Source: Octopus bimaculoides (taxonomy: Eukaryota). From it: a stretch of DNA of 64,000 nucleotides. The notes below the pieces were generated by a model that saw nothing but the letters and a program-made list of their open reading frames with translations, did no database searches and had not been told where the DNA came from. Positions 26,014 to 37,464 of the stretch are shown piece by piece. How positions within the stretch are numbered: position 1 is the first letter of the stretch; every line of letters starts with the position of its first letter. The DNA lies in the NCBI RefSeq assembly GCF_001194135.2, contig NC_068989.1, positions 39,368,642 to 39,432,641 of the forward strand, read 5' to 3'. Both the position numbers and the translations under genes were made by a program.

Positions 26014-27105
26014 GCACAGAAAGAAGTTTGTGTGTGTGTATGTATGTGTGTGTATGTATCTATCTATGTACAGATATTGTTTGCTCACTGTCACTAAGCA
26101 TCGCAATTCTTCAGTGTTTACTAGTTTGTGATCAACATATTTTATTTTACAAACTACTATTTTTCCCTTGAATTTGTGATTTCAGAGCAAGGTAAGAAAT
26201 TCTTTGTATTTTGCATCTTTGGTATATTGACTTTACAGTTTGAATTGTAGAATTGTCTATCCAATCGAAATATTGCAACAGCTAACAGTGAAATATAAAA
26301 TTTAAAAAAAGTTTTTTCAACTGTTATCAAGTCTTTGAAAATATTCACATCTATTTTTCAAAAATATACAATTTGAAATAGTTTGCTTTTGTTTTGGACT
26401 GAAAGTTTTTTATATTTTAAAATTCTTGAATAAACGTCTTCGCATACAAAATCTGAGGCAACTATACTTCATAGTTGTTATTTTGAAATGCTTGTCATCT
26501 GATATTTGTGAGTCCATCGAATAAGTATTCAACCCTATTAAATGTTGGCCTTCCTAAACATGAAATAATACGATATTCCCAGCCCTATATAAATTTAACT
26601 TGTACTTTTAAAGATGTTCTTTAAGATAATGAGAAATATTGAACTTCAGATAGAATAAAGTGAAATATAGCTATGAATAAAAGGTGCATAGATTATGAAT
26701 TTTGATTGAGGAGATAGGGCCTCAAAACAAAAAGTAGCAAGGGGCCTCTAAAAGTCAAGTGACAGCCCTGACTAGGAGAAATATGAAATACCATCATTAT
26801 CATAATGTCATCTTTTCCATGTTCGCAGGGATGACATGTAACTTCATTGTGGGAGAATTTTCTATGGTCAAATACACTTCCAGTCATCATCCTCACTTAT
26901 TGCTAAACAAGCAAATAATTCCCACAGTCAATCAAATAATAAACAATCCAAACAGTCATGTCCATTCCAAAATATGTCTGGCTATGGCATAGTACTCATG
27001 GTAGATTGTAGCTAGACAGAATATACAACAGACTTGCTGTATTTGTTGAGGAAGCTTTTACATAATCTGTTTGATGTGATGATATTCATGCTTTTCTCAT
27101 GGTCT

Positions 27106-27617
27106 TTAACCCTTTAGCATTCAGATTACTCTCTCAAATGTAATGCTTATTTATTCATATTGTTTTTGAATTAATCATACATTATCTCATAGCTTCGAGA
27201 TTTTGATGATGTGATTGTTTATTTTTAGAGTGACATTGAAAATAGAAATAATACATTTCTAAATCTCTCAGAGAGATTTATGCAGTAGCAGCACAATAAA
27301 GTGATTGTATGTTGTCAACTTAATGTGACAGTCCCATGAAAGGGAAGAATGCTACTATTATTTAGCCCTAGGAAATACAGTTTCCTGTTGGACTTGACAC
27401 ATTTCCTGTGTCCTTATGTTTTCAAAGTGGAGGCAAGCACCTTCAACCAGCAAAGCCAGCATCCAGAGACTAGTTTCAGAGTCATTGCTCATCATTCACA
27501 TTAAGTTGACAACATACTATCACTTTAGAATGACATTGTAGTGTAGGTGTGAGAGGTCAGATCTGACCAGTTTTAACATAAAACAAAATATGACTGGTAT
27601 AAATGCTAAATGGTTAA
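27106..27617. mobile_element. piggyBac-type MITE (TTAA ends), interrupted by an insertion
   Basis: TTAA|ccctttagcatt … aatgctaaatgg|TTAA. The segment tttaga(g/a)tgacattg is repeated on both sides of a ~280-bp insert. Confidence 0.7.
27297..27527. mobile_element. MITE with 32-bp terminal inverted repeats
   Basis: taaagtgattgtatgttgtcaacttaatgtga (27297-27328) versus tcacattaagttgacaacatactatcacttta (27496-27527): one mismatch. Confidence 0.8.
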
Positions 27618-27954
27618 AGCAGGAAATCATGTATCTAGCCAGGATTTGAAATCATTCTCCTGCTACTGAAAAATTACAATTGTTTTGTACATTCACTTTA
27701 GAGTTGCTTAAAAGCAGTGATTAAGAAGTTTCTTTCCCAGCCATGTAATTTCAGGTTCCTTTGTGCAGAACTTTAGGCAAGTCAATGCCTTGTCTGGATT
27801 TGGTAGATGTAAACTGAAAGAAACCATTCATATGGTGTATGTGTCTGTCTATCTGTCTGCCTCCATGTCCATCTGTCTTTCCTTCCCTATCTTCATATCA
27901 TGTATTAATTGTAAACGAGTGTTACTGTTATACAAGCAGAATCATCCATTTCTG

Positions 27955-28278
27955 GCGCTCTATTGTTTACAACAATGAGGGTTTCTGATTGATCCAATCA
28001 ATGGAACAGTCAGCTCGTGAAATTAACATGCAACTGGTTGAGCACTCCACAGACACATGAACTCTTAACATAGTTCTCAAGGAGATTCAGCGTAACACAA
28101 AATGAGATAAAGCTGGCTCTTTGAATTACAGGTACAACTCATTTCTGCCAGCTGAATGGACTGGAGCAATGTGAAATAAAGTGTCTTGCTCAAGGACACA
28201 ACACACCACTGAGAATCAAACTCACAACCTTATGATCATGAGCCAAACATCCTAACCATTAAGCCATGTGCCCTCACT
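27955..28278 (-). mobile_element. SINE family 4 copy
   Basis: …ttgatccaatcaatggaacag…gaaattaacatgcaa…ctccacagacac…ggagattcagcgt…gtgtcttgctcaaggacaca, homologous to 44210-44578 and 57660-57875. Confidence 0.75.
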
Positions 28279-28495
28279 GTCATTCATTTCCAATATTCTA
28301 TGAAAACATGATTAGTCATAGGAAAAGATTGCCTTGCTTGGGAACACGATGATTGATGTCAGGAAGTGTACCTAGTCATAAAAGATCTGCCCATGCAAAC
28401 ATGATGAAAGTTGACGTTAAAATGATGATAATGATGACAATAACTAAATGATATATTATTTCATTATTAAGCAAGTGATTTACATACTATTACAG

Positions 28496-28577
28496 GTATA
28501 AAACTTCAGAGGTTCAGCTGTACTCATTACTCAGTATTGTTATCAGAGAAATTATTACACAAGAAGAATATGACCAG
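28496..28577 (+). CDS. M1 aminopeptidase penultimate coding exon (82 nt, phase 2-0)
   Basis: Acceptor tacatactattacag, donor CAG|gtaaga. Peptide (R)YKTSEVQLYSLLSIVIREIITQEEYDQ. Size and phases join the flanking exons exactly in frame. Confidence 0.88.
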
Positions 28578-28639
28578 GTAAGATGTTACATAGCATTTTT
28601 ATTTTCTACTTTTTTTTTTCTTTAGCCATGAGCGGGGGT

Positions 28640-29120
28640 AGAGAATCATCATCTAGGGAAACCATTCATATGCACATTCTTGTAAGACTGGGCAAAATAT
28701 TTTTGAGAAAGGCTGGCAGTTGCCCATGCTTGCAAGACTTCCCTCTCCACATTATCAATGTTTATTCATAAGAAAAGCCTCTGACTTGGATCAATATGGC
28801 TTAACGTATGATCCTGCATATTGTGTTCTGTTCTATGAGGATCAAGCTGTAGTGATGGCTTGTATTGGTTGGCCACATGCCACATTGTCACAGGGGATGA
28901 GGAAGTATCTCATGGAGATGGGGAGTGACTGGGACACTGCTCAGACAGTTGCTTGGGATGACCCAAGTGAATTCTGACAAATGGTGGATGCAGCAATGCA
29001 TTGCAATCACGCATGCCTCCATACCTGACCTGAATACATAAAAGCAGAGTGGTTCCAGGCATTTCTGTCAGAATACAAAGTGCTGAAACTGATACTAAAT
29101 GGTAGGTTGACCAACACCTT
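28640..29120 (+). mobile_element. Heavily decayed LINE (RTE-like) 3' fragment
   Basis: Remnants resembling the Y.ACVRSVLLYGSE and WLGH motifs across stops and frameshifts; weak. Confidence 0.45.
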
Positions 29121-29254
29121 AACAGTTCCATTAATTCTCCACTCTGGATTGGCCCTGGAATTGACTTCTTTTATTGGTCCTGAAATGATAAAAAGGCAAA
29201 AACTGACCCTGGTGGGTTTTTGAATACAACTCCACCAATTTGCTGCCTTTCTCT

Positions 29255-29306
<52 letters not shown>

Positions 29307-29631
29307 TATATATGAACTCATATTCATACATGTACACATGCACACATGCACAACTTCTGTAAATAAAGGAGTGAAGTGACTGAAAGAATAAGGTACTGAT
29401 CAGTATTTTATCCCCTTTGATGTCAACCTACCCATAACCACTCTTGATTCTAAGATACAAATTTTCTGCTATAAAATGATCTTAATTAAAACTCCCTTTC
29501 AAAATTTCAGGTCGGTTCATGTCTAAGACGTCAGATTAATATGACAAAATATTTTACTAAATTTCCACAATTCCCAGTCATTCTCTTACATATGTATCAT
29601 TATATAAACTGCTCCTTTCATCTTTTTGTAG

Positions 29632-29772
29632 GTAACGGATTTCCTTGTAAAGAAACATGTCCCTATAAATGGACAGACTATAAGCAATGTACTGGAGTTC
29701 ATTCGTCTACATATATTCTGGATGAAAACACATTTTGAACCTGTATCAGAATGGTTCCAGAAACACAAATAG
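29632..29772 (+). CDS. M1 aminopeptidase terminal coding exon (phase 0, 46 aa + TAG)
   Basis: Acceptor ctcctttcatctttttgtag. Peptide VTDFLVKKHVPINGQTISNVLEFIRLHIFWMKTHFEPVSEWFQKHK* shows the M1 terminal 'LE.I..NI.W…..V..W' pattern. Confidence 0.9.
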   Translation, partial: VTDFLVKKHVPINGQTISNVLEFIRLHIFWMKTHFEPVSEWFQKHK

Positions 29773-29887
29773 AGGGATTCAGGCAGAAAAGAACAGCATT
29801 TCATAGACCAGTTTTTTTTTCCTATTTTTTTTCTTTATAATTGGTGTGCCTCTCTTCTTACTGCCAATGGAATTATGGGGAAATTTT

Positions 29888-29893
29888 AATAAA
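29888..29893 (+). promoter_or_regulatory. Candidate polyadenylation signal AATAAA
   Basis: First AATAAA, 116 nt after the aminopeptidase stop codon. Confidence 0.4.
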
Positions 29894-30477
29894 TATTTCT
29901 TATGATTATAAAAGTCTAATATATCTAGGCCTCTGCTGATCTGTTTCTATGATATATGTATGAGTATATCTCTTCACATGACAATATATCTAAAATGAGG
30001 ATTTGTATACAATTAACAACTTTTGTGTTGCTGTTATCTACATTTCAATCTTCTTAAGTGACCATAAGTTTACAATAGGATAATGAAGGCTTTAATTTCA
30101 ATCATAGCCAAACAGACAATGTATGTGTATTTATGTGTGTGTGTCTGTGTGAGTGTATGTACATATGTGTGTATGTGTGGTTCCTCAAAAATATTATAGA
30201 ATAGACTGATCAAAACAATGCAAATAGAAGGATGAGTAGAGTGAGGTGTCATTCTCTCTAACTACCGATGTATTTGTTTATCATATTATTCTTTGGTAAT
30301 CTAAGTACCTACCCATACTCATAGTAATATTAATCCATGCATTTTTTTTATTAGTTATTTAGTTGCTTTTTGTGGCTCCAGTTTTTTTATTTTTATTTGC
30401 TTGGCTTTACATAAAACAAGGAAGTTGGCAGCAAGATTGAAGAGAAGCGTATGTTTCTAAAAGAATGACAAAGATAT

Positions 30478-30510
<33 letters not shown>

Positions 30511-33500
30511 AATGTTGAATGATGAAATGAGTGCTCAACACCACATTGGTGGATATGTAATTTATGAAAAACCCCGCAAACAAAGCGAGGCTGTTTCCCA
30601 GAATGGAGATGAACACCTTTCTCCATGTGATCGGCTTGATAAATTGTTAAGACAATAGGATATTTTCCTACTTTTCTTAACATGAAACCAATGGTAGCCT
30701 TAATTCACAAATAAAGAAATTATATATATATATATATATATATATAGGGAAAATTCCACCTCTGATGAGGGTAAATGAAATACTTAACAATAAAAGGTAC
30801 ACAAACGGTTTGTCGTTGAGCATATTGAAAAGATGGTTTGGTGTGTTCAGAATTGTTTTTGTTTATTCTGTTGTAGAATTTTTGTTAGTTTAAGCATTCT
30901 TTTTCAATATTTTACCTGTTCATTTAGATATGGTTGTAATTTAATGCATCTCTGCAATTATTATAATATTAACTGTACAATAGGATTATTGACCATGCAT
31001 GTGCATGTATATTTTTGCATCATACATGTTTTGGTTACTGTTCCAATCTTGATTTATTTATAATTTTGTTTTTAAGTTAATGGTATTGCTTTTTTTTTTG
31101 CCTGTTTGTTTTTTGATTTAAATTTTGTTTTTTTTTGTTTTTCTGAAACTGCCTCTTTAATAAACTGATAAACTTAACTGGAAAAATTATCCCTCTTAAC
31201 ATACATATATATATGTATATGTATATATGTATGTGTGTGTGTGTGTGAAATTATTGTTATTTCTTATACTATTACTTACATCAACAAACTCAGAGAAACA
31301 AAGAAAGGACCTCATATCATATCATAACTTTTTATAAAGACATTTTTCTTCTCTATTTTGCAGAGATTATCATATACAGATATATTTTTTACTTTCTCTG
31401 CTAAAGTTTGAACCAAAATAAAAAATACAAATTTATATAAACGCACTCAATTGTATATAATATATATACACACATATATCCCTGAAAAAAAACACTCATG
31501 TTTATGTGTAAGTATATATATACATATATATATATATATCCCTAAAAAACACATGTGTTGTCTACATAGTGTCTCACAGATAACTGTAGCACTTAAAACA
31601 CCAGAAGGCATACACACAAAATGTAAGAAAATTTTGCATTAAGACATTGCAAGGGAATGTGGTACAGCAAGGCAATGTTAAAATGACTATTTTACAATAT
31701 TTTGGAAATTAACTAATTTGTAGTAGTTTCTTTGTTTTGAAAATACACAATCATGGCACAATCTTCTACATTTCATGTAGTTAGTCTGGTTAGGGCATTG
31801 TTATTTGACTGAAAGGTACCTCAATAGAAGCAAAATGACTGAGTGGAGAAAATATTGGGTTTCCAGTTCAAATCTTCAATATGTTAATTGCTGCCTCTGG
31901 ACTGAACACTATAATTCTAGGATATTGTTTATTTTGATTTTTTTTTTTTATAGCTTTGTTAGTGGAGAAAGGGCAATTTGCATTACTCTTTGAAGGAGCT
32001 ACAAGACCAGTAAGAGGAAGGGAAGAAGTTGTTTGTAACAGAAAAGATTCTGCAGAGTCATCCAAGAGGCCATGGGGTGGTGTTAAACTGGGAAATAGAT
32101 TGAGTGTATAATCCACCCACTATAGATAATAAAGCAAAAACAGACTGCCATGCCAATTCTCCAAAAGACTCCCACACAACTTCTTTCAACCGATTGTACT
32201 CACTAGGCTACTCGAGCAAGTAAGGAATACTTGCCCTAGGTTTTATGCCAACTAATTGAACCTGAAGCCACATAGTGGTGAAGATAACTTTTAATCTCAC
32301 AGATAACAAATGCAGAAGATTCATATTAACTGCTTAATGCCAAAAAAGAGCACTTAGCTGATTGATGTTCAGTTACTAACTGACAAAATCAAGTCTCTGG
32401 CCCACAGGCTTGCTGTACTCCAACCTATCTCTCTCCTGTTACTATTATAATGGCCTCTGTTCTTCAAAGCCAGCTGGTGTTATACTGTCACCCCTCAGGC
32501 ACTCCTAGCCTACTTGCCTCTCCACCTCTCAGCAGCCTCAATGCATCCAACCTCCCTTTCTTGGCACTAACCACTGTTCCCAGTCTTTCTTCCCCAGAAC
32601 ATCAATCCTCCGAAATCTTCTCCCTGCTTATATCTTTCTTGTTGGTGTTGACCTGTCACAGTTTAAATGGAACATTAATGGCATAAATCTCACCCATTTC
32701 AGAGGGCCTTAAGTGTCTTGGGCCCTGCTCCTTTCTTCAGACTCAGCAACTAAATTAAAAACTAATAAATTCAGAGTTAAACATTGGTCTAATGTGTTGT
32801 GCATATAAGATATATTTTTGTTGGCTTTTAGTTGAGACTTAGCACTATGCCAATTTCATAGAGAATGCAGTCAGGTTTTAGAATGGTGTTTGAATGTAGA
32901 AACGCTTGCCCTATGTAAAATATCTTAAAATTTGTGTTTAAAAACAGAAAATAATAGGTTATGGAAAAATGAATAAATACTTTTGTTCTTATCTATGGGA
33001 AGATGAACAGTGATCATTAACTCATTGCAATTTTACAAAATCATGTAAATACACTCCAGAAATTTTGGAGACTTTTTTTAATGCCAACATTATTTTCACA
33101 TGCATGTTCAAATGTGTGTATGATTGGTTGTGTAAATATATATNNNNNNNNNNNNNNNNNNNNNNNNNNNNNNNNNNNNNNNNNNNNNNNNNNNNNNNNN
33201 NNNNNNNNNNNNNNNNNNNNNNNNNNNNNNNNNNNNNNNNNNNNNNNNNNNNNNNNNNNNNNNNTATTGTTTCTCAAAATATTCATTTTAAGTTCCTGTG
33301 TAAAAGTGTAATGTTTGTTAAGTTCCAATATTCTATAAAGTAATGCATAAAAACCTAAATGTTTTCTTTCATTTAGCATGCACTTACCCTATCATATATA
33401 ATTGCTCTCCCTCTCTCTCACTCTCTCTCTCTCTTTCCATCTAGCTATATCTCTCTCACTCTCTATTTGACAACTATTTTACACCATAAAACACTGGCCA

Positions 33501-35025
33501 TATGTAATTATAGGCTCGATCAGAAACACTACTGCCAATATTACCATTTTTTTTTTTTTTTTTGAGGTTATCTTCAAGATTTCAGCTTTAAAATTCTCAC
33601 CTAATTGATTATAATATTTTTAAAGAAGCCTGTACATTTATTTGCTGACAATTTCAAAACCATAAGCAAAACTCTAAATCTGACCTGAAACGATTAATAA
33701 AAGAAAGAAAAAAACCATTTTGGAATTAAATTCAAGTAAACTTGTTTATTTAGTTTAACACAACATTTGACATCCTCTCAGCCAACAAGCTCCAGAACAT
33801 ACCTTCCTAAAACGGCTGAGAACCTTTATAAACCTGACTAAATCAATTTAAAACTATTTCTTCTAATTTTTTTTTATCAAGGTAAAAGCAGAAAATAATC
33901 TTGGAGGAGAGGAAAAATGAGAAAAGTTTTAAATATTGACAATTCTCTTGGTAGAGAGATGCAAACGTGTTTTTTAGATTCTTTTTTTCAAACCACATCC
34001 CTCATAACTGCTCAATGTATACCTATTTCTCATTGGGTCAGACTAATTTATCCCGTCTGGTTACTACTCATTAAACCTTTGTTGCTATAAGTTCCCATTG
34101 CCCTCTATTACTGCAGTTGACTTTGTGATTCACCAAACATGCACACATACACACACGTCTGCACACACACACACTATCTGTTGGAATAGGAAGTAAAGAA
34201 TGAAAAACAGAGTCACCTCATAACAAAACACAGCACATAAATATGCATAATTTACACACACAAGATATTGTTTGCCATATTAACCACCAGCAACTAGTGT
34301 ATGAGTAGGATGGCAAAGACAACAGAAAAAATGCATTTAAGCTTTGACAACAATGATAGCAGCAAGGATGATGGTGATGAGATAAATTTGACATTACCAA
34401 ATTTCTATAGGTGAATCGTAACCTTGCTGTTAAGTCTTTAAGCTGCTAGTTGATTGTAGTATACGAACAATTGAAATATCCTGTTGTGAAGGATGACACT
34501 ATTTGAAAAAAAAAAATTAAATAACTGTAAATCTACCAGACATGACTGTCAAACAATGAGAAATATTCCACTTATCTTTACAGACAATAATAAACATGTA
34601 CACATCCTTAAAGGGAAACAGTAGCCTTGATTGCTAGGGAGGAGCATGTGGCAAACATTGTGGGGTTAAAATACTGGGAAAGTGGTTAATTGAAGAAGAT
34701 AAATGCTTGTGGTGGTAGTGTTAGCATGAAAAGTAATGCTAACATTGGGAAGTGTTGCTAACTCATTGTTCAGGGTTGTTACTAACAGTCTACAAGAAAT
34801 GGTTTAAAGAAAGAAGACTAATGAAATGACAACACAAATAAAATTTAAATGAAGCAAATATTTGTGTAAAAATCAAAGAAATCAATGTTTTTTGGTAGTG
34901 ATTATTTGGTTCAAGAATTTATATATATTTCTTGAAGTGTGTAGGCATATCTGTGTATATTTGTTTATAAGTGTGTGTGTCTATACACACATATGTATTT
35001 ATGTATATATACATACACATGTATG

Positions 35026-35094
<69 letters not shown>

Positions 35095-35761
35095 ATTTAT
35101 ATACATATATATACAAGAATATATGTATGCATGCGTATGCATATAATTGTCATTACATGTATGTATTATTTATGATATACAAATATTATGTGTTCATGTA
35201 TGTGCCATGCAGACAATGTGGAGTCATAGTAATGTGTTGTCGCCAACAAGGCAATTTAACGAAATAAATTTGAAAAATCAATGTAAACAAAAGTTTAATT
35301 GAAGAGAGAGTTAATGGTGTGATGGATGGGTCAACCCAATCAGAAAACAACAGTAAATATTAACTGTTTTGAAATCTATTTAATAGAATCATCAAGTGTA
35401 TTGAACCTTGCAGATGTTTTAGTTGCTATTGTCAGTTTCAGGGACATGAAGAAGAATAACATTGCAGATTTGTGGAAAGTGCCACAGGAAAAGTTCATAG
35501 GAGCCATAAATATAACCAAATAATGGTTGAATTATCTCAAGATATTTTTGAAACTTATATTTTAAACAAGTTGCTCAGTTAATAATTTATAAGAGAAAAA
35601 TGTTATTGTTGATAAGAGAGGTTAAAACAAAATGGTGTGCAATCTGAAGACTTACATCTCATTAACTTAAAGTTATGGAATTTTGTGCTTGGCTAAAGTT
35701 TTACAAGCACCAAAAGGAAAATATTTCATAGTAAATGTCACAAATTATATAAGACTTCCTA

Positions 35762-36907
35762 TTAAGTCATCAAGTATGAAATTTGTAGAAAAGAAAAAAA
35801 AGTTTGCTAATGTTTTATACACACAAGGAATAGTTTTATTCATTAAAGTATGCACCCATATTGTCAATACACTTTTGCCATTTCAGAAGTAGCTTGTCCA
35901 GCCCAGAACTGTAAAAGCTTGGCAATCTAGAGTCAATAAAATCTTGGAAGGCCTGTTTTACAGCATCGTCAGAATTAAATTTTTTCCCTATCAAAAAGTT
36001 ATTCAAATTCTGGAAGAAGTGGTTGTCAGTGGGGGCAAGATCAGGTGAGTATGGTGGATGATGGAGAACTTCCAGCTCCTGTAGTTTCACCAATGTCATT
36101 TTTGTGATGTGTGGTCTGGCATTGTCTTGCAATAAAATAGGATTGGATCTATTGACTAACGTAGCCTGTTATTTTTTTGTAAGTTTCTGCATCATTTGGT
36201 TCAGTTGGTTGCAGTATATTTCAGTTGGGATTGAAGAGCCAGGTTTAATGAAATAATAATGGGTCACACTTGTGCCAGACCACCAAACACACATTATCAG
36301 CTTCATTTGATGAATTTTGCATTTTGGACTGTGTTTTGGCGGCTCGTCTTTGTCCAACCATTGTGCTGAATGCTTGCAGATGTTGTACTGGATACATTTC
36401 ACATCACATTAAAATTCAATTAAAAAATGACTCATTTTTGTGATGAGTAAGCAGCATAATGCAGGCTTCCAAATGTTGGTGTTTCTGATTTTTATGGCTT
36501 TCAGTTCATCATTATCAATCTTTGTTTCTGGTCAACCACGTTGTTCAGTTGTAAGGTCAAAGTTACCAGAACGAAATTTTACAAAGCAATTTGATACTGT
36601 CTGCTGTGTAATAAATAACATTAGAATGAAATACTCCATTAATACTCCGAGCTGTCTGTGATACTGCATTTCCAAGAAAGAACTCATATTTCAAAACTGC
36701 ATGAATTTCTGACTTGTCTATCTCTAAACAAAAATTGCAAAAGATGATTTATAAATACTTTATAAAGCGTAAAATGATTTAGAATAAAGAAATAAATCTG
36801 TCAGCTTTTTAACAATAAAGATTGTCAAAATATAATAATGGCACAAAATGAGCAGCTGTCAAAGTTTACCATATACCTTACTACAAATTCCATACTTGAT
36901 AACCTAA
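35762..36907 (-). mobile_element. Tc1/mariner transposon with both TIRs and TA flanks, decayed
   Basis: TA|ttaagtcatcaagtatgaaatttgtag … ctacaaattccatacttgataacctaa|TA. ORFs MQDNARPH…HPPYSPDLAPTDNHFF and QWLDKDEPPKH…MCVWW. Confidence 0.93.
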
Positions 36908-37396
36908 TATATATAAAAGTATATACTGGTTATTCATGAAGTCCTCTAGATAGTCCTACAAAAGACATCTTACAAATTTAGCTTGTTTTAGCTTCCTTCT
37001 TTCATTCTATTCGTAAAATACTAATCTCCAAAATTCTGTGGGCAAAAGTAGAATATTGATCATGCCTTACAAATTATATAAGCCCTTAGGGTACCACTGA
37101 ACCATTTGTCTTTATGTATGGTGTCACAAAACAGCCTGACATAGTCCATTCATCTCCTGAGACTCTTGTCATTAACACACTGGACAAAATGCTTGGCAGC
37201 ATTTCTTCCAGTTTTATTTTCCATGAAGGCCAGCTTTAGATTACAGTCTCTCTGCATCGATAAAATATGAAAAATACGAGCAGTGAGATCAATGTCATTA
37301 CCTAGCCTCCTCCCGCAAAATTTAGGCCTTACACCTATAGTGGAAAGGATTATTATAATTGAAGCTGGGTAGCAGATTTGGTCCACCAGACCATTT

Positions 37397-37464
37397 TTAC
37401 CAACCTCCAACACCCATCCTGTAGACATGATAAATCCTAGCAAAACATTGAAGGGAATTTGGAT
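37397..37464 (-). CDS. Candidate terminal coding exon of an unidentified minus-strand gene
   Basis: Strong acceptor tttctttattttttgtttttattccag. Phase-1 frame xPNSLQCFARIYHVYRMGVGGW* (TAA at 37397-37399). AATAAA on the minus strand near 37220. Confidence 0.5.

Noticed and set aside
30745-30820. CTGATGAG after (TA)n, possible hammerhead
   Set aside because: No properly placed GAAA after a closable stem II and no stem I complement.
31954-32110. Strong plus-strand acceptor followed by an open frame (ALLVEKGQFALLFEG…)
   Set aside because: No recognisable homology and no partner exon; it lies after the aminopeptidase stop.
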